Below, one piece after another: positions 53,389 through 62,188 of a stretch of 64,000 nucleotides of DNA. Source of the DNA: Verrucomicrobiota bacterium (GTDB taxonomy: Bacteria; Verrucomicrobiota; Kiritimatiellia; CAIQIC01; JAGNIJ01); assembly GCA_036821485.1 (NCBI GenBank), contig DAISJM010000001.1:72320-136319 (forward strand), read 5' to 3'. The notes under the pieces were generated by a model, which worked only from the letters and a program-made list of their open reading frames with translations, was not told the DNA's origin and made no database searches. The translations under genes and the position numbers were made by a program. Within the stretch, counting starts at the first letter, position 1. Every line of letters starts with the position of its first letter.

Positions 53389-56300
53389 CTATGGCGCCGT
53401 GACGCCGATGCGGTAGAACCGCTTCGGATCCGATCCCGGCGAATCCTCGTAACTCGTCGTCGGTCCGTTGGTCGCGCCGCGCACGGCGGCGCTGATCGGA
53501 TCGAAGGGCAGGGCAAGGTTCGTCGTTGCGTAGACATGGTAGAGCCGCCCCGACACGCTGCTCCACGTCAGCACCCACGCGTCGCCAGTGAGGGAGGGCG
53601 CCGCGCCGATCACTCTGAAGACCGAGGCGATTTGCTGGGGATTCGTACCGGCGACCAGCTCCTCCCGGTTGCTCATCTTGTCGCCGTCCGGATCGCCGGC
53701 TGAGCCGTTGTCGTCGTCCGCGATGACGGCGTCGGTGTTCATGTTCGTGTGGCCGACGATGCCGTCGTCCCACGGTGAGAGTTCGTTGGCGACTTCCCAG
53801 CCGTCCGGCAATCCGTCGCCGTCGGTGTCGGCCTGGCGCGGGTCGGTTTCCCACCACTGCTCGCCGGAATCGTGGAGATAGTTGTTGTTCAGGTCGCCTG
53901 TGATGCGCCCGTCGCGGTTGCCGTCCTCGAACCCGTCGGCCAATCCGTCGCCGTCCGTGTCGGTCGCCTCGAAGTCGGTCTCGTGGACATCCTGCGTCTC
54001 GTTGCGGTTCACGTCCTCCAGCGCGTCGCGGATCCCGTCGCTGTCCGTATCGGGGTTCAGATTCACAACTCGCGATGCCGACAGACTGTAGCCGGAGGTC
54101 GCGTAGAACACCTCGATCGTCCGCGTTCCCGTGCTTGAGTCGCTCCACGAGAAACGAATCTCGTTCATGTGGTCGCCGGCGACCTCGTCCTGGAAGAAAT
54201 AGCCCGCCGCGTTCTGCGTCACGCCGTTGACCTTGAAGGTGAAGGCGTTCGTCAGGGCCGGCAGCGTCTCGGTGAACTGGGCGACCACGGTGTAGGCCTC
54301 GTTGGTGAGGATGTCGATGCGCTGGCTGTCGTAGTTCGGCCACGCGATGCGCGCGCTCGCGTCAGCGCCCTGCTGGTTGAGCAGGATCTGGTAGCTGCGG
54401 CCGATGCTGTTGTTGTCGAGGTCGCGGCCCCAGGAATTCGCCGACACGCCGACATCGCCGCCGAGAACATCGATGCCGTCGTTGTTGCCGTCCGGCGTGT
54501 TGTACGTCGCGTCGCTGCCGGCGTCGTTCCCGCTGCTGCGGAACGAGGCGAGAGACAGCGTCACCTTTTGCGGATAGAACAAGTCGAGGTCGTAACGATT
54601 GATGCGGAACTCGATGCAATCGTTGTCGGCGCTGACCGACACCGCCGAATCATGCGCGTTGGGCTCGTACCATCCGCCGCCGTTGTAGAGCCGGATCTTC
54701 GACGTGCCGCCCGCCGTGTAGACCATGATCTGGCGCGTCGCGTACTGGTCGGCGTTCTCCAGCCCGATCGAGCCCGACGGCGTGGACGAGTCGCCGATCC
54801 ACGGGAAGCTGCTGCTTCCGACATGCGCATTCCACGCGATGCCGATCGCGGGCAGGGCGGCGTTGGTGATGTTCTGCATTCGGACGAGGAAGTAGGCATA
54901 GGTCTCGTCGCAGGTCACGCGGACCTCGGTGATGTCCTCGTCCTGCGATGCGCCCGCGAACGTCCGGTGGTCGTTCGCCTCGCCCTTGTAGATCCACTCG
55001 CCCTGGTCTACCGTCACCGCGTGGATGTCCGTCGGCGCCGTGCCGGCCCATTCGCCCGGCCAGCCGTCGATCTTGATGTCCGTGCGCTTGTCGAGGATGA
55101 CCAGGTCCCAGTACTCCAGCCGCGGCACCGTGAACTCCACGTAGTACCCGCCGCCATCGGTGCCTTCCGTGAAGCTCAGCTCCTGCGCCCGCCCGAGCCC
55201 GTCGTCGGGCGTGGCGACGTACACCTTCTGCACCTTCTTGTCGGCGTAGTACTTCATCGCGACGTTCGTCTGCGCGGGCGGGCGCGCGCTGCGGTTGCGC
55301 CAGACTTCGTCGACGCCGTTGAGGTTCACGAGGTTGAGCGTGTCGAACTCGTCGCGCCAGAGCTTCACGATCGTCCAGATGGAGCCGGACTGCCCGTTCT
55401 TCGAGAGCGTGTGGCTGGAGCTCGAGAGGTTCGCGGCGGCCGTTCCGTCGGACACGTTGCCGAGCGTGTTGAAGAACAGGAGGTTCTCGTACTTCACGAT
55501 GAAGTCGTAGTACTCGCGCATCGCGCGCTTGAGGGTGGGGCGCATCGGCGGCCAGTGCATGGGGAAGTAGTGGTTCGAGAGCATCTCCACGCCTTCGCCC
55601 ATCTCGATATGATATGCGCCGTTCGCGAACACGCAGGCGTCCATGAGCCGCACGGACGCCTCGCTGAGGTAGTTCGTGTAGTCGTTGAGGTTCATGTACG
55701 CGGCCAGCACGACCTGCTTGTTGCCGCGGTCCTTCGCGCGAAGGATCAGGTCGCGCACATCGTTGTAGCGGTCGTAGCCCCAGACCTCGGCGTAGTAGAC
55801 ATCGACGGCCGACGGGGCGATCTGGTCGAGGTAGCCCGCGTAGACGTCGTTGTGGACGACGCGGGCGTCCGGATGGGCGGTCCGGATCGCATCGCGGCAG
55901 CCCGCGATGAACGCGGGGAACGCGTCGCCTTCCCAGATCCCATCGTTGGAGTTGTACTTGTAGGTCCACGACCCGCCCAGGTTGTCGAGGTGGATGCCCT
56001 CGAAGCCCATCTTGAGGATCGCGTCCTTGTACTGGTTGTAGATCCACGCCTTCCAATCCGGGTGGGTGCAGTCCATGACCCAGATCGTGTGGTCGCCCAG
56101 CGGGTGCTGGCGGATATCGACCGGCGAGGTCGACCACGGCCTGTTGTAGGCGGCCCACGACGGGTGCAGCGGCGCCGAGCCGGAGCCACTGTCGCCGTAG
56201 AGGAGGTCGTAGGCCATCGTGAACATGTTCCGGCTCTTGGCGGCAGCGATCTTGTTGGAGACGGTCACGAGCGACTGCACCCGGCCGTCGATCTGAACGA

Positions 56301-58524
56301 ACACGTTTTGCAGGCTGCCGTCGTTGCCGTAGGGGAGGAGCCGGTCGTGCTCCCACATCCAGTCGTAGAACTGCACGGCGTTGATGTGATACTTGCTCAG
56401 CTCCTTGGCCTTCGCCGCCGAATCGCCGGACTGCTCGCCCTCGTAGAAGTCGGAGAAGAAGCCGTAGCGCGGGAACTGGGTCCAGTCGGTGCTGACGTCG
56501 ATGGCCGTCGACCGCCGGTCGTTGGTCGAGCCGCCGACGATGAAGTCGGCATCCACCGCGTAGCCCCGGAAGTCGTCGTTCCGCGTCGCCCACGACAGGT
56601 CCACCGCGAGCCCCGCGCCCGCGCCGACCGTCACGTTCGAGTCGATGACGGTGATCTCGCCGAACAGGTGCGAGATCCGCAGCCGCAAGGTTCCGCTCAC
56701 CGGCGAGCCCGACGAGTTGAACAGCTCCGCGGAGATCACCGCCGTGTCGCCGGGGTTGTACCGCGCCTTGTCGGTGTAGAGGTCGGTCAGGATCGAGTTC
56801 ACGCGGAGATAGAAATCCTCGCCCCCGTTGCTGTCCCAGATCGATGTGCCGTAGGAGTCGATCGCCTCGATGGCGAAACGCACCGTGTCGCCGGCGGAGA
56901 AGCTTCCGATGCTCGCGTGCCAGAGTGTCCGTCCGTTCGCGACCCCGTTCGAGGTCATGTTCGCCGTCAGCCAGCTCACGCCGTCCGTCGTGTACACCAC
57001 GCGCACATTCGTCGCCGCGCCGTCCGGCTCCGTCTCGGTGTTGATCCAGACATCCTCGCCCGCGTCGATGCTTCCGTAGTCCGGCCAATGGTAGGAGTTC
57101 TTGATCGCGGTCAGATGGCGCGGCGAGTTGACGATCGCCTTGTAGTTCGCGCCGCCTGCGGTATCCCAGACGACCTCAGGTCCGGTGAACGTCACCTCGA
57201 CGGCGAACTCGTTCGTTGTGCCGGCCGGGAACGTGCCGAGGTTGACGTGCCACAACGCGTTGTTGCCGTTCGTGCCGTTGGAGGTCATCGGCGTCGAAGT
57301 CCACGCCGCGCCGCCGTTCGTGCTCCAGACCACGCGCGCGGAGACCGAGTTGGAGGCCGGGCGCGATTCCGCGTTGATCCACAGGTCGTCCTCGGGATCG
57401 ATGTCGCCCAGGGCGGGGTAGGTGGTCGTGTTGCCGACCCAGCGCGACGTGGAGACGCTGTTCACGACGGCGAGGTAGTTGGTGCCGCCGGCGGTATCCC
57501 ACGTCTCGCCGCCGTAGCCGAAGTTCACCGCGGCCGCGTACCGGATCTGATCGCCCGCCGAGAACGGGCCGATGCCGCCGCGCCAGACGTCGTTCGAGCC
57601 GGAGCCCGCGTACCACGGCAGGTTTGCATCCTGCCAGGCGCCGCCGTTGACGCTGTACGCGACCTTGGCCGCGACCGCCTTCGTCTGCGGGCGCGACTCC
57701 GTGAAGACGTACAGCGTGTCGCCGGGGTCGATGTCGCCGTTCAGCGGGCTGTGGCGCGTGTTGCCGACCGACTGGCCGTCATGGACCTTGTTGACGATGA
57801 CGGGGTAGTTCGCGCCGTTGCGGGTGTCCCATTCCTTGTCGTTGGGGCCGAAGGTCACCTCCACGGCGTAGAAGTTCGTCGTGCCCGCCCAGAAGCTGCC
57901 GATCGACCCCTGCCACAGATCGTTCGCGCCCACGGTGCCGTTCCTGGCCATGTCGACGGAGGTCCAGTTGTAGCCGTCCGAGGTGTAGACGACGCGCGCG
58001 GCGGTTGCCGTGCCGATGGGGAAGGTCTCGATGGAGACCGTGACGTTCTCGCCCTGGTCGACTTGCTGGTCGGGCGGATCGTGATGCGTGTTCCCGAACC
58101 AGCGCGAGCCGGCCCCGCCGTTGACGTGCGCGAAGTAGTCCGCGCCGCCGTTGTTGTCCCACTGTGACCCGCCGCCGACGGCGAAGACTTCGACGGCGTA
58201 GCGGATGGTCGTACCTGCGGCGAACTTCCCGAGGTTGACGTGCCACCAATCGTGGACGCCGAGGAGTCCGTTGTAGCTCATGTTGGTCGACGTCCAGTTC
58301 ACGCCGCCGTCGGTGCTGTACACGCAATGGGCGCCCGACGCGCCGCCGGTGGGCGAGGACTCCACGTTGATCCAGACGTCGTCCGTCGCTTCGATCAGAC
58401 CCTCCTGCGGGGCCGCCGTGACGTGGCCGATCCAGTCGAGCGCGGCGAGGACGTTGAGCGATGCGGCGAGAAGCGTCGCGGCTGCAAAGGGCAAGACCCG
58501 TGTCGGAGTGATCATTCCGCACAT
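53389..58524 (-). CDS. Giant secreted glycoside hydrolase: ~10 tandem CBM25/26-like starch-binding-type modules, a GH66-like (dextranase/CITase-like) catalytic region, TSP3-like Ca repeats and a conserved C-terminal beta-domain
   Basis: ~1711 aa from MCGMITPTRVLPFAAATLLAASL (alternative ATG at 58515). Repeats of ~95 aa carry WINVES..VVYSTDGG..W..M..NG......W...IG.F.AG..I.YA.E......WDNNGG.NY. The catalytic region has VQFYDWMWEHDR and FEGIHLDNLG. D-rich DTDGDGLPDGWE repeats follow. The C-terminus is LYHVYATTNL...KRFYRIGVTAP. Confidence 0.75.
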   Translation of the reverse strand: MCGMITPTRVLPFAAATLLAASLNVLAALDWIGHVTAAPQEGLIEATDDVWINVESSPTGGASGAHCVYSTDGGVNWTSTNMSYNGLLGVHDWWHVNLGKFAAGTTIRYAVEVFAVGGGSQWDNNGGADYFAHVNGGAGSRWFGNTHHDPPDQQVDQGENVTVSIETFPIGTATAARVVYTSDGYNWTSVDMARNGTVGANDLWQGSIGSFWAGTTNFYAVEVTFGPNDKEWDTRNGANYPVIVNKVHDGQSVGNTRHSPLNGDIDPGDTLYVFTESRPQTKAVAAKVAYSVNGGAWQDANLPWYAGSGSNDVWRGGIGPFSAGDQIRYAAAVNFGYGGETWDTAGGTNYLAVVNSVSTSRWVGNTTTYPALGDIDPEDDLWINAESRPASNSVSARVVWSTNGGAAWTSTPMTSNGTNGNNALWHVNLGTFPAGTTNEFAVEVTFTGPEVVWDTAGGANYKAIVNSPRHLTAIKNSYHWPDYGSIDAGEDVWINTETEPDGAATNVRVVYTTDGVSWLTANMTSNGVANGRTLWHASIGSFSAGDTVRFAIEAIDSYGTSIWDSNGGEDFYLRVNSILTDLYTDKARYNPGDTAVISAELFNSSGSPVSGTLRLRISHLFGEITVIDSNVTVGAGAGLAVDLSWATRNDDFRGYAVDADFIVGGSTNDRRSTAIDVSTDWTQFPRYGFFSDFYEGEQSGDSAAKAKELSKYHINAVQFYDWMWEHDRLLPYGNDGSLQNVFVQIDGRVQSLVTVSNKIAAAKSRNMFTMAYDLLYGDSGSGSAPLHPSWAAYNRPWSTSPVDIRQHPLGDHTIWVMDCTHPDWKAWIYNQYKDAILKMGFEGIHLDNLGGSWTYKYNSNDGIWEGDAFPAFIAGCRDAIRTAHPDARVVHNDVYAGYLDQIAPSAVDVYYAEVWGYDRYNDVRDLILRAKDRGNKQVVLAAYMNLNDYTNYLSEASVRLMDACVFANGAYHIEMGEGVEMLSNHYFPMHWPPMRPTLKRAMREYYDFIVKYENLLFFNTLGNVSDGTAAANLSSSSHTLSKNGQSGSIWTIVKLWRDEFDTLNLVNLNGVDEVWRNRSARPPAQTNVAMKYYADKKVQKVYVATPDDGLGRAQELSFTEGTDGGGYYVEFTVPRLEYWDLVILDKRTDIKIDGWPGEWAGTAPTDIHAVTVDQGEWIYKGEANDHRTFAGASQDEDITEVRVTCDETYAYFLVRMQNITNAALPAIGIAWNAHVGSSSFPWIGDSSTPSGSIGLENADQYATRQIMVYTAGGTSKIRLYNGGGWYEPNAHDSAVSVSADNDCIEFRINRYDLDLFYPQKVTLSLASFRSSGNDAGSDATYNTPDGNNDGIDVLGGDVGVSANSWGRDLDNNSIGRSYQILLNQQGADASARIAWPNYDSQRIDILTNEAYTVVAQFTETLPALTNAFTFKVNGVTQNAAGYFFQDEVAGDHMNEIRFSWSDSSTGTRTIEVFYATSGYSLSASRVVNLNPDTDSDGIRDALEDVNRNETQDVHETDFEATDTDGDGLADGFEDGNRDGRITGDLNNNYLHDSGEQWWETDPRQADTDGDGLPDGWEVANELSPWDDGIVGHTNMNTDAVIADDDNGSAGDPDGDKMSNREELVAGTNPQQIASVFRVIGAAPSLTGDAWVLTWSSVSGRLYHVYATTNLALPFDPISAAVRGATNGPTTSYEDSPGSDPKRFYRIGVTAP

Positions 58525-58626
58525 CCAGCTAAAACGATTTAGATATACTATACAGATACCTGCCGCAAGCCCTTTTGTTAAGAAAGAATACCGCAGGGGC
58601 ACGCCGTGGCTCCACGAGGGCGGGAT

Positions 58627-59366
58627 GGGGGGTAAAGTTGGTTCGCCGAATTCCGGGGTGCTGCGAGAGAGAGGGATTGCGTCCGCGGCCGAGACGCGTG
58701 GCGGCTGAGGCCGCGAGGATCACGCGCGATCCCGGCCCGTCTTCTTCGTTGTCGCCAGCGGCGCGGACATCAGTCCAGCGCCGCCGGCGACGCCTTGAAT
58801 ACGGACCGGTCTGGCGCGTTCCCTCGCTTGGGCTCGCTACGCTCGCCCGACCTCAGCCGCCCCGCGGTATCCGACTCGCGGCTCGGAGGACCTCGCCGCG
58901 AGTGAGAATCCCCGACGGCTGTGATCGTGAGAATCTGGAGTGCGGCGGCTCGACGCCGCTCTTCCGAGCGCCCAACGTCGGAGGGATCGAGTACGAGCAC
59001 GAAAGGGTAGAGCCGGGGGTACATTGGCTACGACAGGTAGGGCGCGCACTCCGTTGCGCGCCGCTATGGCGGGCTGAGGGTCAAATACACGAAGCACACG
59101 AAAAAGGGATTTCGTGTCTCTCGTCTATTTCGTGGTGACCTCTTCTTCTGAGAATCGGCGAACCAACTTTACGAAATCATCGCCTGCGGCCGCTTTGTAG
59201 ACGCGATTTCGAAATCGCGTCTACGCAAACGCAAGGCGTCCCCGGACAAGTCGCGCGACGGAGGACGGACTCTGCACTCCAGTCTTCTCCGTGCCTCCGT
59301 GGTTCGTCTTGTGTTTCTTGTGCCTTTTCGTGGCCAATCCGAATTCGGCGAACCGACCTTACCGGC
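58627..59366. repeat. Upstream repeat cluster: three copies of GGTAAAGYTGGTKCGCCGAATT (two inverted), X/Y motifs shared with 50290-50470, and a 28-bp GTAG...CTAC REP-like palindrome
   Basis: Copies lie at 58627-58658 (+), 59153-59172 (rc) and 59339-59365 (rc). GTAGACGCGATTTCGAAATCGCGTCTAC is at 59197-59224. The region immediately upstream of the giant GH gene is AT-rich. Confidence 0.6.
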
Positions 59367-59446
59367 GATAGTCGGCGTCGCGGGGGGAGCGCCGGGTCGG
59401 TGACCCGGCCTACAGAAGGGCGCATCGTAGATGCGCCCCAACAACG

Positions 59447-60475
59447 TCAGCGCGACGCGGTGGTGCCGCGCACGATGAGTTGGCCGCCGGAGACCAGCTT
59501 GTGGATCGGGGCGGAGCCGGGTTTCTTGAGAAGTTGGATCATGATCTTCGCGGCCTGGAGGCCTTCTTCGCGGACGGGGGCGGAAACCGTTGTGAGGTTG
59601 TAGCCGCGCGGGCCGGCCATCTTCGAGTCGCCCAACGTTGCGACGGCGACGTCGTCGGGTACGCGGATGCCGAGGCGCTCCAGGATGTCCATGGCATCGA
59701 GCGCGGTGTCATCGTAGAGGGCGAACAGGGCGTCGGGTCGTTCGCGGGAGGACTTGAACAGGTTCGTGATCCGCTGCTCGACGGATTCATGCGGCTTGCC
59801 GAGCGAGAACAAGGGCTCGCCCGCGGGCAGGCCGTTCTTCTCCAGCGTCATCCGCACCGCGTCATTGCGCGCGCGGGCGATCAGGCGGCGGTCGTTGAAT
59901 CCGAGATAGGCGATCCGCTTGCGCCCGATGTCGGCCAGGTGCTGGACCGCGAGGGCGACTTCTTTCGGATCCCACGCCGCGTAGCTGACCGCGGGGAGCT
60001 CCTCCAGCGTGTCGCCGAAGAACACGAGCGGCACGCCGTTGTCGATCGCGCGCCGATACGAGGCGACGCTGTCGGCCAGCGGGTTGCAGATGATGCCCTC
60101 GGCCCGCCGCTCGATCAGGAGATCGATCTCGCGCGACTCCTGCTCGGGGCTGTCGCGATGGTTCACGATGAACGGCACGAGCCCGGCTTTCCCGAAGACG
60201 TCGTACATGCCGTCCATGATGTTGTGCGCCCAGTCGTTTCGCAGGTGGGGGAAGATCACGCCCACGACGCCGGACTTCTGGTTGCGCAGGCTGCGCGCGA
60301 GGGCGTTGGGCACGTAGTTGAGCTTCTTCGCCGCGTCGCGGACCTTTTTCACGGTCGCGTCGGCGATGCCGTACTGCTCCTCGAGGCCGTTGAGCACGAA
60401 GGAGACGGTGGTGACCGACAGGCCGAGGTGCTTGGCGATCGTCGAGACGGTGATTCGTTTCTGTCCGCGTGTCAT
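59447..60475 (-). CDS. LacI-family transcriptional regulator
   Basis: 342 aa. The N-terminal HTH is VTRGQKRITVSTIAKHLGLSVTTVSFVLNG, followed by a periplasmic-binding-protein-like sugar-binding core. Confidence 0.9.
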   Translation of the reverse strand: MTRGQKRITVSTIAKHLGLSVTTVSFVLNGLEEQYGIADATVKKVRDAAKKLNYVPNALARSLRNQKSGVVGVIFPHLRNDWAHNIMDGMYDVFGKAGLVPFIVNHRDSPEQESREIDLLIERRAEGIICNPLADSVASYRRAIDNGVPLVFFGDTLEELPAVSYAAWDPKEVALAVQHLADIGRKRIAYLGFNDRRLIARARNDAVRMTLEKNGLPAGEPLFSLGKPHESVEQRITNLFKSSRERPDALFALYDDTALDAMDILERLGIRVPDDVAVATLGDSKMAGPRGYNLTTVSAPVREEGLQAAKIMIQLLKKPGSAPIHKLVSGGQLIVRGTTASR

Positions 60476-60481
60476 GGCGTC

Positions 60482-62188
60482 CTATCCCTTCATGCCGGTG
60501 AGCGTGATGCCCTGGATGAAATACTTCTGCGCAAAGAAGAAGATCACGATGACGGGCAGGGTCATCAGAAGCGAGCCGGCCATCATCATGCCGAAGTCGC
60601 CGCCCTGCTGGACGTTCAGCGCGTACAGGCCGAGCGAGAGCGGGTAAAGCCGCTGGTCGCTGAGGAACACCAGAGGCCCCATGAAGTCGTTCCACACGCC
60701 CATGAACGTGAAGATCGCGATGCAGGCGAGGGTCGGCTTGATGAGCGGCATGATCACATACCAGTAGATCTGCAGGAAGCTGCAGCCGTCGATCTTCGCG
60801 GCGTCCTCCATGTCGCGCGGGATGCCCTTCATGAACTGGCGGAGCAGGAACACGTTGAACGCGTTGGCGCAGCAGCTCGTGATCCAGAGGGGGCTGAGCG
60901 TGTTGTACCAGCCGAGCGATTTCATGATCAGGAAGTACGGGATCATCGTCACCTGCGGCGGGATCATCATGGTCGCGAGCATCACGCCGAAGCTCAGCGT
61001 GCGGCCCGGCCACTGCAGCCGCGCGAAGGCGTACGCGACGATCGAGCAGGAGAAGACCGTGCCGAGGATGTTGAGGATGACGAGCAGCAGGCTCGTCCCC
61101 GCGTAGCGCCAGAACGGGATGTAGCTCAGGACATTGCGGTAGTTGCGGCTGCACTTGGCCCACCACGCGACCGCCTGCGAGCTCTCGCGCAGGACCATCG
61201 TCACTTTCACCTTGTCCGGCCGCGATTCGAATTCCGGGCCGCGGGCGATCTCGCGGTAGGGAATCCACAATCGGATGCGGCTCGAGTCGGCGGCGTCGGC
61301 GGGTCCGAACTCCTGCAGCGTCACGACCTGCGGCTGGAAGCGGCCGGTGTACTCGGGCCGCATGCCTTGATAGCGGACGCCGTTCTTCTCGACGAAGAAC
61401 TCGATCGCGTGCCACGAGTCGTCGGGCGTCAGCGAGATCTGGATGCGGAACAGGCGGTTCGCCGGAAACGGCAGGTCGATCGTGCGCTCGAGGACGATCT
61501 CCTGACGGCCCGGCGCGGTGAAGTCGTACACGAGGTCGGCGGCGGGGACGGTATCGGCGCGGTCGACGAGGTGGGGTGAAGACGCGATCTGGAGATCGCG
61601 TCTACGAATACTCCAGAACTCTGAAATCGGCCGACCCACTGTAACCTCGTCCTCCTGCACATCGAAGCTGCGCACGCGGACGGAGCCGAACGCGAGATGG
61701 CGCTGGATCTGGCGCGTCACTTCCGCGACCAGTGTGGCGTCGACGGCGTTCGAGATCGCGGCGCGGAGGTCCTCCGGCGAGGCCGACCACGCGGCGCGGG
61801 GAAGCGTCTGCTCCAGGCGTTTGAACACGCCGGGTGCGAGCGCTTCCGGATCCGGCGAGTTCTGCAACGCGGGGAGCGAGAGCAGGAACGGGTGAAGGTC
61901 GCGATAGACGGGGTTGTTGCCGGTCTTGAAATAGGCGGTGTCGAGATACGGCGACTTCAGCGCGGGAACCGGGCGCCCCGGCATCAGCGTGATCCGGTCG
62001 CCGAACATCTCGCGGTCGACCTTGAAGCTGCTGCCGATCATCCAGATGAACGGCAGGGCGAAGACGGCCGAGCCGGCGATCAGAAGCGCGTAGATCGCGA
62101 GTCCTCTGGCAACTGCGTAGACGCGCTCTCCAGAGCGCGTTCCGCGAAGCGGTCTAGAGACCGCTTCTACGCTATCATTCCCCTTCAT
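60482..62188 (-). CDS. Carbohydrate ABC transporter permease (MalG-like) with a ~270-aa loop between TM1 and TM2
   Basis: The EAA motif is DAAKIDGCS. The C-terminal five TM helices are typical. REP-like GTAGACGCG palindromes are read in-frame at the N-terminus and in the loop. Confidence 0.8.
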   Translation of the reverse strand: MKGNDSVEAVSRPLRGTRSGERVYAVARGLAIYALLIAGSAVFALPFIWMIGSSFKVDREMFGDRITLMPGRPVPALKSPYLDTAYFKTGNNPVYRDLHPFLLSLPALQNSPDPEALAPGVFKRLEQTLPRAAWSASPEDLRAAISNAVDATLVAEVTRQIQRHLAFGSVRVRSFDVQEDEVTVGRPISEFWSIRRRDLQIASSPHLVDRADTVPAADLVYDFTAPGRQEIVLERTIDLPFPANRLFRIQISLTPDDSWHAIEFFVEKNGVRYQGMRPEYTGRFQPQVVTLQEFGPADAADSSRIRLWIPYREIARGPEFESRPDKVKVTMVLRESSQAVAWWAKCSRNYRNVLSYIPFWRYAGTSLLLVILNILGTVFSCSIVAYAFARLQWPGRTLSFGVMLATMMIPPQVTMIPYFLIMKSLGWYNTLSPLWITSCCANAFNVFLLRQFMKGIPRDMEDAAKIDGCSFLQIYWYVIMPLIKPTLACIAIFTFMGVWNDFMGPLVFLSDQRLYPLSLGLYALNVQQGGDFGMMMAGSLLMTLPVIVIFFFAQKYFIQGITLTGMKG

